64,000 bases of DNA from NCBI RefSeq assembly GCF_009914755.1, contig NC_060925.1. One strand, written 5' to 3'. Shown here piece by piece: positions 40,121-53,278 of this stretch. Position numbers and translations under genes: made by a program. How positions within the stretch are numbered: position 1 is the first letter of the stretch; each line of letters starts with the position of its first letter. The DNA comes from the human T2T-CHM13v2.0 reference genome, Homo sapiens. The notes beneath the pieces were generated by a model. The model was not told the origin of the DNA, did no database searches, and saw only the letters and a program-made list of their open reading frames with translations.

Positions 40121-42238
40121 TTCAGTTACTTTCTAGTCTTTGGGTATTTCCACAAATGCTTATGAATGGTACCTAATGGCTGTCAGTGATTTCCACTAGT
40201 TTTCTGTGATGCAAGTCATAGGGTCAGCTTATCTGAATCAAACTTGGCAAATTTTTAAAAAACTCTCACATATTCTTTTCAATGTGAATAGTACTATTTT
40301 AATGTACGATGGGAAAATGTTCAGAAATGACCCCACAGAGCGAGGTATTATGAGAAAGAAAAAAAGAAGAAGGAAAGGAAAAAGGGAAGAAAAACCAAAA
40401 CAGAAAAGCCAGACACCAAAGAGAACAAATCAATAAACTTACTATGTGTGTTGAGAAGGAAAATATAATCAACCATGTTAAAAACCTCCTAAGTGCCCTA
40501 AAATGTAATTCTTATGAGCAGTAGTAAGATTTAAAATGGTAATGACATCTGGGCAAAGGTTAAAGAGGTTGACTAAATTTTAAATGCTCAGCCATTTAAA
40601 AATAATACCCATAAGATTTTCACCAGTCTTTCTACCATTTGTCAATGTCAAAGCAATGATGCAGTTTCATGAGTTTGTCTTGAATTCTCAAATTTGATAA
40701 AAAGAGCAAGTGTGCTAGAGAGGTACAAATGTTCTGGGTCATTGCTTCCATTTTTATTCAAATTCTCAGTTGTTCAGAGAATGATTTCCTTAAAGGAGCA
40801 ACCTCATTTTGAGGGGTCATGAATTGGTAGGTCAATGTTAATTTTCTTTCTAAAGATTCATGAATCTAAGAAGAGGTTGTCCATTTAAAAGAAATTAGTT
40901 TAATTGAACAAGAAAGTGATTTATTGACTGGAAACACCTTCTCTATGCTCCCTTCCAATTAGCTTGGGACATGTCTGCTTATTTAGAACTGTATATTTTA
41001 TTTATTTGGGGTTTATGTCCCTTAAGAATTAAATCCTAAAGACTTAAGCAACATATGCTTTACACAAAGATCAAAATAAATACACAATAGGTGCCATTCA
41101 CTGAGTACCTATTATATGTCGATATTTATTAGCCCCGTATTTTTGAAGGAAGAAAACAAGAAGCAGAAATTAACTCCCCTGAGTTTACATAAAGCATAAC
41201 TGGAATTTAAAGCTACATCCTTCTGACTCCAAAAATAAATCCTCTTCGGAAATAGCATGTTTATCTCATAGTTTTTTGCACTGGACATTGATTTTTTTCT
41301 CTTTGGAATATCAGTCCTTTTAATTTAGAGGAAGAGAAAAAAGTGGGAAAGATGCGTTTCAGACAGTTGGAATTTATTCATTCGTTCTTTGAAGTGTTCC
41401 CATTTTTTGCCCACACTCCTGACTACAGTTTCTGAATATCTCTGTCTTTTAATCACCCTGCCTGAGTTCTCCTTCTCCCTGTCACAGCATTCTCAAGTTT
41501 GATTTTTGCTCCATGCTCTTGCATGTGGCCCTGAAACATCAGACTTTCCATTAATTTTTCTGAGCCAGTCTCCTCACCAAGGATTGGAATCTCAATATTC
41601 GTCTTCACACACTGCAGCCTGAGGCCAGCCTCACTCACTCCCTAAGGTTTTATTCTGGAAGATTCCAGCATGAATTGAAGTTCCATGTCTCCAGCTTGAC
41701 TGAAAGGAAAGAAGAACTATGGGAAAGAAGATTTTAAAAGTCATAATCTTACATAAATCCCTATGAGTTGTGGTGAAATATTCATTTGTTGCAGTTGCAG
41801 AGAGATTCCCAACTATTGACTTCAACAGAAAAAAAAATGTTCAAACTCATTTTTATAAAGGCTTAGGAGATGATCAGAAATAAATCTGAAATTAATTTAT
41901 GACTTAAAATTGAAGGCAAATATCATTTTGTTAAAAAAAAGGAAAAATCCTAATTTGGTATGTACAGTTAGTGTTCTACTCAAGGTTCCAAAAACTAAGT
42001 AAGACACAGTAAGTAGAACTTAAAAACAAAAGTTAATTAGAGGCATTAACTTCTCCTTACAGGCCAGCTTTCACATGGTTTTATAGCATGCTTGCCTGCT
42101 TCTAAGAACATGTCACCTAAATAGGTAATGCTGCTGTCTCCTCTCACTTATTTGAAGTCACAATAGACTACTGCAGTGATGACTGAAATTATACCATGTT
42201 TTTAAAGAGTGCTTTTTACTATTTAAAAATGTTTCCCA

Positions 42239-42360
42239 ACCAGGCATGGTGGCTCATGCCTGTAATCCCAGCTATTTGGGAGGCTAAGGTGGGATAATTG
42301 CTTGAGCTTAGGAGTTTGAGACCAGCCTAGGCAACATGGTGAGATCACATCTCTAAAAAA
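42239..42360 (+). mobile_element. Alu monomer (FLAM-like)
   Basis: Left-arm-only Alu with short A tail; TSD taaaaatgtttcc. Confidence 0.85.
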
Positions 42361-44337
42361 ATTAAAAATGTTTCCAGATATATCATTTTATGTCTTTCCC
42401 CTTCTTCAACATTCTTTCCCCAAATTACTCTCTCCAGGATGCCTTCTCCAATTAACCCAACTCTGCATCTAGCTCAGGACTTAGGTATGGAAGTTGTCCT
42501 GTAGAAATCTGTGCCTACTTATGTACCATCAATATTATAAGCTACCAGACACCAAGCGAACATATTGACATATACTATGTGTCAGGCCCTGTGCTACATG
42601 TACTACAGCATCTAATTTAACCATAACAACAACTACAAAGCAGATATAAATCCCACAAGGATGGGAAAAAACAAGAATCAGAGAAATTACAAAATTTGCT
42701 TAGGGTCACACAACAACTATCTGGCAAATATGACAATCTAAAACTCAGCTGAAGTCCAGTAGCAGCCAGTCACTAAAGCTCTGTAGTGGACATGGTTGAC
42801 TGGCTACTAGAAGCCATTCCCAAACTTGTCTTCCTTGCCTATCTCTCATAGAAGAAGTTAGAAAGTCAAATACACCCTTTCCTACTCTCTCCTATAGCAA
42901 GGCATGTCCATTGCTGCAGTTATGGTCCATGAGAAATAAAGGAAAGTCTAATGGAAGGGTTCTAAAAATGGTGTCCTTCCTGATTTTTGTTAAAAAAAAA
43001 AAAAAAAAGAAGTCTTCTTTTTACCCATCTGTTTCCTTTTGGTTTGGAGTGGTTTGATAAGAATATAATGCCTGAATCTAGGGCAGTCATCTTGCTAACA
43101 CAGAAAAAAATAAAAAAATGTTGCCCCAAGTCCTGATATTACTAAAAAATATAATCACCTACCTGTAGGACTACTCATAAAATAAATAATAATTTTTATT
43201 ATTATTTAAGCCACTAGGAGTTTGGCTTTCTGTTACTTTCAGCTGAATGTATTCCTAAGGTCACTAAAGTCAGAGACATATGGTAGGAATTATTGAGCTA
43301 AGTTTGGGGCATAGTCCTGGGATACAATGAGAACCCAAAGATGTAGACAGGTATGGTCTCCACCCTATGGAGTTTGCAATTTACATGGGAGATATAAAAA
43401 CTATTCAAATGCTACAAGGAAAGTATCTGTATGGTACTTGTTGGTATAACTTTAAAGACAAAATAGTCTTAGAAGCAGCTCTTTAAGTAGTATAGCTTTA
43501 TCAGTATAGTTTTAAAAACAGAATAATCAACTTGAACAATAAATAGGAATATAATAAAAATGGAAACTATAATTATTTATGGATGTAGAAGTTCAAATGA
43601 TTTTGATTTTCCTCATGGTATTTTTCTGCTCAAAGTAAAAAATTTTCAAAATACAGATAAATACAAAAAGGAAGATTAAAAAAAAAAAAACTTGTATCCC
43701 TAGTACCCAGAAAGTTGAAGTTCCTTCTAACTCTATTATTCTAATTTACAGCAGATTATTTTATTTCAATCTAAACAACAGAAACAATATTATGGCAAAT
43801 ATCTTGGAGCAAGCAATGAAGAGAAACAGCTTCTTTGTATGAGAGCCAAATAATATTCACAAATATAAAATATTACAATCCATGGCATATAGAGAATGCC
43901 AAATTAACTGCTACTATAAAACACTATGATTCAATTCAATTTAAAATCCTTAGTTTTTAATGCTGTTTCACAACTACTATGTGCAATTTATATTGTCTGT
44001 TTAGTTCCCTGCTGTTTCTTTCCTTGCTTCAATATTTTGCCCTGAGAATTTTCATTAATTTGTAAATGTTTATGACTATTATAGAAAAATAATAACAGTC
44101 GCATAAAAATGGATCACCAGCTTAAAATGTTGAATTTTCTGTTCCAACCAGCATCAGGCACTGAGAGGTAGGAAGTAATTAGATTACTAATCAGACTTAA
44201 CAGTTCAACACTTACCTGTAGAGATCATTGATTTATTATCTTAATTATTTCTCCCCACTAAGTCTTTACTTATATTTTTTGTTAGCTTTGACTTTTATCT
44301 CCCTTTTGAACTTTTGGCTTCAAATCTCCATTCTCCA

Positions 44338-44742
44338 TGTTATAGACTTAACGTCTGTATCACCCCAAAATTCATATGTTGAAATCTTAACCCACAATGT
44401 TATTGTATTAGGAGATGGGTTCTTTAGGAGTTGATTAGGTGAAGGTAAAAACCCTCATGAATGGAATTAGTGTCTTAAAAAAGAGACCTCAGAAAGCTCT
44501 CTCACCCCTTCTGCCATGTGAGGGCCCAGCAAGAAGATGGCCATCTGCAGCCTGGGCGACAGAGCAAGACTCCGTCTCAAAAAAAAAAACAGCCATCTGT
44601 GAACCAGAGAGCAGGCCCTCACCAGACCCTGCAAATGTCTCTTGGGCTCCCCAACCTCCAGAGCCGTGAGAAATAAAATTCTGTTGTTTCTAAGCCACCC
44701 AGTCTATGGTATTCTATTTTAACAGACCAAATTGACTAAGAC
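44338..44742 (+). mobile_element. MLT1A/MST-type LTR containing a 5'-truncated Alu tail (44548-44589)
   Basis: caccccaaaattcatatgttgaaatcttaacc ... gactaagac; Alu end cagcctgggcgacagagcaagactccgtctc(A)11. Confidence 0.85.
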
Positions 44743-44869
44743 CCCCATGACCCCCATATGTTATCAATCAATCAATCATTTATTTTAAATGATTCTGCAT
44801 TTCTCATAAAAACCACTTTCAGCCTTTGCAGAGCCAAGTAATGAAGAGCATCAACAGCTACAAACAGGT

Positions 44870-45272
44870 TGCGTTAGTTTGGTAGGGCTGCGATAACAAG
44901 GCATCAGGTAGCTCAAACAACAAAAATTTATTTTCTCATGGTTCTAGAAATCTGACATCAAGGTGTCAGCAGGGTTGGTTTCTTCTGAGGGCCATGAGAG
45001 AAGAGTCTGTTTCAGGTCTCTCTTTTTGGTTTGCAGATGGCCATGTTTGTGAGCATGTCTTTGTCCTAATCTCTTCTTATGAAGACACCAGTCACATTGG
45101 ATTAGGGTCCAGATATTGGCCTGATTTAACCTTAATTACCTCTTTAAAGACCCTGTCTCCAATACAGTCACATTCTGAGGAACTGAGGGTTAGGACTTCA
45201 ACATATAAATTACAGTGGGAGGGGGAGGCAGACAGAAGGGAGGGTGGCACAATTAAGTCCATGACACAGAAA
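44870..45272 (-). mobile_element. MLT1B/C-type LTR
   Basis: aaggtgtcagcagggttggtttcttctgagg, gggttaggacttcaacatat. Confidence 0.75.
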
Positions 45273-47169
45273 TAACCAGAAAGGTGACCAACCTAAGTAT
45301 ATATCATGGATTTAGACAGAAGAAATAAGGGACATCTTTTCTGAGTACATAAAAACCCAAAATACCATAACTTGATTCTGAATTATCTGTGCTGGCAAAC
45401 AGAAAAAGATCATTGATGACCATCAAAAAAGGGCATAGATACCTTCTACATCCCAGAACATTCATGTAGATAGCTCAGAAGAAAGAGAAGAGGATAATGA
45501 GGATCTCTAAGAAAGTCCCCAGAGCATGGGGAAACCATGCTTTTACTGTCAGAAAAAACTGCACTTCACAGTAACCTGCTCATCGACCAAAAAAGTTAAC
45601 CATACAAAAGAGACAAGGGGATAAAGACAGCAAGATCGAGTAGACCCATAAGAGAATAAGAAATTATTAAAGAATCCAGATCTATATGAAATCTATATAT
45701 CTACACTCTTCAATGTTCTTCACTTTTAAAGTATGCTTCTTGTGGCTCACTGTGAAAGCAATGATTTTACAATTGTCAAAAAAATTTTTAATCCTAATAC
45801 TGAAAGAGTCTCAGTAAGGTATGATTTTTCAAGCTGCACTATTCAACTTGTCACATCTTTTTCTCTTTCCTCCAGAAAAACATTAATCCAAAAAGGCAAG
45901 CTCTCAGGTGAATTACTTTAATCCGAGTATATTTCCTGATATGACAATTTGCAGCAATGATGTTGTCAATGAAGGATGTGTTTCTTTACTGGGACTTGTG
46001 TAAGAAGAGAGTGATTTTAGAGCTTCTGGCCAGTGAAAGAACCAAATGACTTCTGCTGTGCTGGAACCCAGAGGTATAGTAAATCCTATCTTATGTTTGG
46101 GTCGACTTTTTAGTTAGCACAACATGCAAATATACTACCTGGTTAAAAAAAAAATCTATCCTTGAAAATCACTTATTTAACCCATGAAGTGCAAAACACA
46201 TGATTGTGTGTTCAATGTACTATTCAGCAATTTTTGTATGCTGAAGTTTTAGAACCATGGATCTAAGCCAAAGAAATAAACAAAGGAAACATCAAAATGC
46301 AGTGCCTACAGATTCAAATAATTCTCCCTTGAGTATGTAGACATTGTACAAGTAGGGCACTGCACAAGTCTTCCTATTCAATATAATCAGGATTAGTAGC
46401 TGGTCAGTTAAACAAAAAGTAAAATTAATGAAATAACTGTATATGAATATGTTTACCTTAAATTTTTTTTAATTAAAAGCATAAATATATATCTGTTCAC
46501 TATTTTTTTGTGATGCCAAGGTCTTTATTTCGTCTATGACTCAGCTGATTTTCCTCTATCTTTTTTTATATGAATCATACACATAATATATCATTTAGGA
46601 TTTCCAGTTTAGAAAAAGGTGACAAACACACTTACAAACCAATATGAATGTTTAATCTTAGATTTTTTGTTTTCGCAAATTTTATCCTCATCTAATTTGA
46701 CAGATTTATTTAAACTGACTGACATGTATGGAGTCATTCCATAACATACACTATTCTCAACTATTTGTGTGGGGAAGCGAGTAAGCCATAGCAGGGGAAA
46801 TTCCAATAATTCAGTCTGCACACCGCTTCTCTTGGTCTGTACCAAAATGAATAACTAAAGGTTAGAAGATTATTTCAGTACTACCTTCAATGGCTAAAGT
46901 TTTAATTGAAAGTGATAGCTCTAGAAATTAAAAATCTCAAAAATAATTAAACTTTACCTCAGGTTCTGAATATTTGGGGCTGATTTTTAAATTCAGAATT
47001 GAATCAGAAGTTTTATTTTCCCGTCTCCCTGAAAACCTAGCATGGATTTATTAATAATCAAAATAAGTTAGGCACATCTCCACCTATCCTCCTAGTTAGA
47101 GATGCTTTTTCTCAGCAGAGACTGAGAGAAACCCAAAGACTTTCCTGGGGGACCTTGGATAAGGATAGT

Positions 47170-47535
47170 TGATATCGTTTGGCTCTGTGTCCCCACCCAA
47201 ATCTCATCTTCAATTTTAATCCCCACATGTTGAGGGAGGGACCTGGTAGGAGGTGATTGGATTATGGAAGCACTTTCCCCCACGCTGTTCTTGTGACAGT
47301 GAGGGAATTCTCATGAGATCTGATGGTTTAAAAGTGTGGCACTTCCCTTTCACTTGCTTTCTCTCCTGCTGCGATGTAAGACGTTCCTTGCTTCCCCTTC
47401 ACCTTCCACCATGATTGTAAGTTTCTTGAGACCTCTCCAGCCATGCAGAACTATAAGTCAATTAAACCTTTTTTCATTATAAATTACCCAGTGTCAGGAA
47501 GTATCTTTATAGCAGTGTAAGAATGGGCCAATAGA
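47170..47535 (+). mobile_element. MSTA/THE1-type solo LTR
   Basis: tgatatcgtttggctctgtgtccccacccaaatctcatc ... aaattacccagt...ctttatagcagtgt. Confidence 0.88.
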
Positions 47536-49808
47536 ATTGTTTTAAGGGAATCAATTTCTATTGCTCAAGTTTGCTTTGTACTCCCTTAAAATTGATCTTC
47601 CTGAAAAATGCACTTCCAGTCATGTTGATTTCCACCTACTTTTTTATAATTATCTTTGAATTTTCCAGCAGAAGGACACATCTCTCTTCATCTGGTGGTC
47701 TTATTAGGTAGTGCTTTGAGCTTAGAAAAACATCTGAGAAACAGACAATTTGAAGTATTGCACAGGTATTGATACAACAAATGACTTTCATGACTGGGCA
47801 ACAAATCTAATTGCAAGTCAAACACTGTAGTTTCCAATGCTTAGATTTCAATATAGTTGAAGAAGGACCTAATTGAGCTGTCATTTGAAAGATCATCAAA
47901 AACATTTTTTGTGTCTGATCACTATGTGATTTTTGGCTTATAACTCTGAAGGAATTCAAAGAATTAAATGACATTGCCATAACAAACCCCTTTCCATTCC
48001 CATCTACTTACATGAACATGTTTGTTAAAGGAGTAAGAGAAGAACAGACATATACATATATATATTTAAAAGAGCAGAATCTATAACATGAAATGCTTTA
48101 CAGTGGAAGCCACAACAAATAAGCCTGTGCAATTCAACTCATTTAAGCACAATCAATTTACTCCTTAATTTGTTAATATTTAACAGGAGGGTGAATAGAA
48201 ACTACCAAAGTTTAATTTAAATATTTAATGACTTAAAGTCTGAAATTCTGTGTGAAAGAGATAATTTTGGTGGTGCAAGTGGGTAACAAACAGACTAGAA
48301 TGTTACTGTAGCTATCCAAAGTACATCCCAGTTTGCTAACTCGGGAGGCAAGAAACGTATGCTACTTAAGAATGCAATGGACCTTTCTTTAGGAAATAAT
48401 GTGGTGGGTTTATCATTGCTGTCTCTCCTGGATACACATACTCTGTAAAATTGACAGCTTGACCTAACGGTAGTTTTTAATCTGCCTTCGATGAAAAACG
48501 ACTGCATTATCAGGGAGTACTAAGGATGTATTAATTCTTTCTTTACCATGCTTCAGTGTACTCTGTCATTACAGAAACACTTCTTTACATTAAAAAGGTA
48601 TAAACTAATAAGCCTAAACTAACAAAAAATGCTTCTAAACCTTTGAACAGTCTTTCAAAACATATGTCTTCTGCATTTTTTTTCTTGTCATGAGCTATAA
48701 TGCTTCTCATTCTTCCTTCCTCAAAGAAAATTTACAGATGAGTGCAACTATCTCTATTTACAGCCAAGTGTATCTTTTACACAGAAAGCCAACTTGAGCC
48801 AGAAGAGACATATCATTTTATCCTCATGCATGACTGAGGGATATAAAACCACCATTCCACCTCTAGAACTCATGCACAACCCACAAACACACACATAAAT
48901 AGCAACATGAGTGAGATTTAGCAAACTAGAAGGACAATCAATTGTAATTTTCCACTCTAAAACAATTTCATTCAAGATAGCAATGCTGGAAATGGTATTT
49001 TATAGTTGACTTCTACGAAATTATGATGCAGCTCAGATTCAAAATCTCTATTATCTTTGGCAGAAGTTTTAAAAACCATTTTTATTTACTCCTAACTCTA
49101 TCTGAACAAAGCCGGCACAGGCCCTTTGCAATTTTTACATCAAGTGCTTCATGCTGTAATTAAGTAAGCAATGGAAATCAAAGGAAGCACTAAGAGAAGG
49201 AATCAGGACATCATTTATTGATTGGTGGCATTTGAGGGATTTAAAATTTTTGTTTTAGTGTATAACTGCACTTTGTTACCATTTTACCCTTAAAATGTAA
49301 CAAGTACAAACTGCTTCAGTAATGATAGAAAAGCCTTCTCAGCTTTAATGAAACCTTTTATTTGCTACTGAAACTTTTATTATTTCCAAATGGTAACATA
49401 AGCAAGAAAAAGTCACTACTTTTATTTGAGGAAAAACTTTAGCAATTCAAATAATTTTGTTCTTGGGTGAATTTTAAGACATTTAGATTTGTTGTATTTG
49501 TGCTTATTGTTTTCATTTACTTTTGATAAATTACAACCAAAAAATGTATACACACACACTATTACGAAATTAGCCTCTAATCATCTATCAAAATACTAGA
49601 TACTTACATGCAGCCATCCTCTATCAGATGTTGGTCTGATCCAACACAAATTTTTATATATTTAGGCTCCTGCACATCTCAGTTGTTGACCATGTGAGGC
49701 AACATAGTGTGATGGTGAAGAGAAATGACTCTGATCCTATATTGTCTGGCTTTGTATTCCAGCCCTTACCCTTCCTAGCAATGCTACCTCTAGAAACTTC
49801 TCAGTCCT

Positions 49809-50974
49809 TGTTGCAGGAAGTCAGGGACCCCGAACAGACAGACTAGGTGGAGCCACAGCAGAGGAACATAAATTGTGACGATTTCATGAACATTTATCAG
49901 TTCCCAAATAATACTTTTATAATTTCTTATGCCTGTCTTTACTTTAATCTCTTAATCCTGTTATCTTCGTAAGCTGAGGATGTACATCACGTCAGGACCA
50001 CTGTGATAATTTTGTTAACTATACAAATTGATGTAAAACATGTGTGTTTGAACAATATGAAATCAGTGCACCTTGAAAAAGAACAGAATAACAGCGATTT
50101 TTAGGGAACAAGGGAAGACAACCATAAGGTCTGACTGCCTGTGGGGTTGGGCAAAAAGCCATATTTTTCTTCTTGTAGAGAGCCTACAAATGGACATGCA
50201 AGTAGGAGAGAGATTGCTAAATTCTTTTCCTAGCAAGGAATATTAATATTAATACCCTGGGAAAGGAATGCATTCCTGGGAGGAGGTCTATAAACAGCTG
50301 CTCTGGGAGTGTCTGTCTTATGCGGTTGAGATAAGGACTGATATAAGCCCTGGTCTCCTGCAGTACCCTCAGGCTTACTAGGGTGGGGAAAAACTCCGCC
50401 CTGGTAAATTTGTGGTCAGACCATTTCTCTGCTCTCAAACCCTGTTTTCTGTTGTTTAAGACGTTTATCAAGACAATATGTGCACCACTGAACATAGACC
50501 CTTATCAGTAGTTCTGCTTTTGCCCTTTGCCTTGTGATCTTTGTTGGACCCTTATCATTAGCTCTGTTTTTGTCCTTTACCTTGTGATCTTTGTTGGACC
50601 TTTATCAGTAGTTCTGCTTTTGCCCTTTGCCTTGTGATCTTTGTTGGACCCTTATCAGTAGGTCTGCTTTTGCCCTTTGTCCTGTTCCCTCAGAAGCATT
50701 TGATCTTTGTTCTGCTTTTTGCCCTTTGAAGCATATGATCTTTGTACCTACTGTCTGTTATTACACCCCCTTCCCTTTTGAAACCCTTAATAAAAAACTT
50801 GCTGGTTTGAGACTCAGGTGGGCATCACAGTCCTACCAATATGTGATGTCACCCTGGTGGCCCAGCTGTAAAATTCCTCTCTTTATACTGTCTCTCTTTA
50901 TTTCTCAGCTGGCCGACACTCATGGAAAATATAAAGAATCTATGTTGAAATATTGGGGGCGGGTTCCCCCAATA
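49809..50974 (+). mobile_element. MER11 (HERV-K11/HML-8) solo LTR, 1166 bp, inserted in a MIR
   Basis: Starts tgttgcaggaagtcagggacccc, ends gggggcgggttcccccaata; 6-bp TSD AGTCCT (49803-49808, 50975-50980); TATAAA at about 50289, AATAAA at about 50789; MIR halves on both flanks. Confidence 0.92.
50497..50680 (+). repeat. 50-bp tandem repeat (about 3.7 copies) within MER11
   Basis: Unit gacccttatcagtagttctgcttttgccctttgccttgtgatctttgttg starts at 50497, 50547, 50597 and 50647 (partial). Confidence 0.92.
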
Positions 50975-52779
50975 AGTCCTCAAATTCCTTATCTGTAAAA
51001 ATGAGGGTAACTAAAAACCAGCATGAGTGGGAAGATTTAATAAGGTAGTTCATATAAAACACTAGAATGGAGCCTGGCACATCGTATGCACATAATAAAT
51101 ATTTAGTTCTAACACAATTTTCATTTCCGAATACATGCATCTCTAGATTGGATGCACCATCCGGCAATACCATTTATTCAGCACACATTTGTTGAGTTTT
51201 ATTTTGTTCTGAACACTGTCCTAAGTGAAGGGATCAGAGAAATTAATACAATATGGTGCCTACTTTTCAGGAGCTTACCATTTAAGTGCAAAGTATTTGT
51301 TGCCATCTTAACACCTTTCCTGAAGAGTACCATGAAACATACTCTTGCATTAAATCACAAATTTCCCTTTTCCCCATAGGCTTGGAACTAATGGAACTTC
51401 AGAAAAATTTGACTTCAGTTTCTGAAATCTTAATCATGCACAGTTTAATCAATAGCTACATTTTTCTCACATTTTAAAATAGATTATTAAATGGTCTAAT
51501 CAGATTCTAACTAGCCAAAAACTTGAAAAACATAGGAAGACAACCATGACTGACATATTTATTTTCCCAAATGCAAACATACTGCAAACATCAGCTGCTG
51601 AAAAATAGTGCTATTTGCATCTTACGTAGCATCTTACATGACCCACAGATAACTAAAAATTGCACAGGAGTTCAGCATCAAAATGTTAAAAAGTACCTAA
51701 ATTAAATTCAACTTGAGATAAAACAAAAAGTTTATGTAATCATAGCTATATCACTTTTCTAAAAGTTCTGAAACTGATTTCCAACGTGGCACCTTATATG
51801 GCTTTAGTTTTTTCAAACATTTTCATTTACGCCATTACACTCAGAGAATTCATTAAAAAGTAAAATCTTGAAGTTTGGGTATAAGTTCCAACACAACGAC
51901 TAATGTGGTACTTCAAACATCACAAACTCCAAATGATCTCAAAAATGTTGTCCTCTGCTAATTTGCTGCTCCTAAAAATGTGCAATAAATGCAATTAAAA
52001 AGGAAAGTGCCTTCAATTTAATTGCAAGATTGACTAGGATATTTATCTTCTTACTAGATGTATCATAATAAAAAATCGTCTAATATGCATTACATTGTTT
52101 AATTCAGGAGGAAATTGGAAAAAAAGAAACTTTTTTTTTTTGCAACAGCCAATAATGACGGTGTTCTTTCTAGAATACATTGAAAAATGCCAAAATAGGT
52201 TATCTAAGGGGTTCACCTACCTAAAGCAACTGAAGATCATGAGTAAATACACAGGCACACAACTCCTCCCTCTCTTTTCCTGTGCCATATAACCTTCCTT
52301 TATTAAAATACTTTTTAAAGACCCTTATGGTCCTTTTGAGATTGGGCAGAAAAAAATCCCTGAAATAATACCCCCTTTTCCCAATGAAACATCTTTCAAT
52401 ACTGAATGAACTCACACCTCGCTTATATGTAAGCTAAGGTGAGAATGCATCTCTCATTCTCAAATCTCCAAACGAATACTTATTTTGGTAACCTCTTCTT
52501 TTGCATCTAAACACACATGTTCCACACCACAGGATCTTCTTGATCCCAGCGAAGGTCCTTGCTTAATGTATGCGTTTTTCACTTCCATTTTTTAATCCTT
52601 CCAGGGTGAAAATTTCAAAAGGGGCGAACGTGGGTGAAAGAAACGAAGAAGGGGAGGGAGGAGACATGATGCCTGGGATTTCTGCCATCCTCGCTGCAAC
52701 CCAGAATTCGTATATATTTTCCTCTCCCCAGCCCTCCCCCTCGCTCCCCTCTCGCCCCTTCCCTCCGCAGCAGGAGGGA

Positions 52780-53260
52780 GGAGGAGGGGCAGCTGGCTGA
52801 AGCCGCCACCTGCCACAGCGTGGAAAAGCTCCAGTTGTCACTTACCCAGCGGGGTGAGAATGGCTCATTTTTGCAGGATCCCTTTTGGACCCCGCGGCAG
52901 GTGCGGAGGGTGGGTGCGTGGGGCCCCGTGCGCGCTGGCGCTGCGACAGTCGCGCTCGAGGGGTGGCTCCGCACCGAGGTCCCCTGTGCGCGGGCACCTG
53001 GGCTGGGCCGCCGCCGCCCCTGGGCGCCCGGGCTACCCGCAGCCTCCCGGGCTCCCACCCTCCGTTGGTATCCACAGCTTCCCTGTTGCTAAGGGAGGAG
53101 AGAGGCAAGCGCCCAGGGTCTGGAGAAGCGGAGGCGCTACTGGAACCGAGCCTGCGGAAGCTGGAAGTGAAGCCAGCTTCTACCCCTTTTTCTGGGCCCT
53201 GATAGGGAGGAGACCCAAGCAAGCCCCTGCTCTGTTGCTCTAGGGCGCGAGTTCCCCAGG
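52780..53260 (-). promoter_or_regulatory. ERICH3: CpG island / ERICH3 promoter and 5' UTR
   Basis: Only strongly GC- and CpG-dense non-Alu segment in the window; spans the first coding exon; exact TSS cannot be determined from sequence. Confidence 0.85.
52846..52868 (-). CDS. ERICH3: ERICH3 coding exon 1 (MSHSHPA + GG, phase 2)
   Basis: ATG at 52868-52866 in context GCAAAAATGA (A at -3) inside the CpG island; donor GG|GTAAGT; splices in frame to exon 2; matches the recalled ERICH3 N-terminus. Confidence 0.95.
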
Positions 53261-53278
53261 TATCTGTAACATGAAAAC
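53085..53278. promoter_or_regulatory. Cluster of RFX X-box-like motifs
   Basis: GTTGCTAAGG (53085), GTTCCCCAGGTATC (53251-53264) and GTAACATGAAAAC (53266-53278) resemble the GTTNCC-N(0-3)-GGNAAC consensus. Confidence 0.5.

Noticed and set aside
46958-47028. Possible 71-nt minus-strand exon in intron 1
   Set aside because: Weak acceptor and donor, frameshifting, no other support
50497-50680. Regularly spaced direct repeats that superficially resemble a CRISPR array
   Set aside because: Head-to-tail 50-bp units with no unique spacers, inside a MER11 LTR in mammalian DNA, with no cas genes
52563-53243. Several overlapping 60-147 aa ORFs on both strands
   Set aside because: Expected from stop-codon depletion in a CpG island; low-complexity Ala/Gly/Arg/Pro peptides with no recognisable homology
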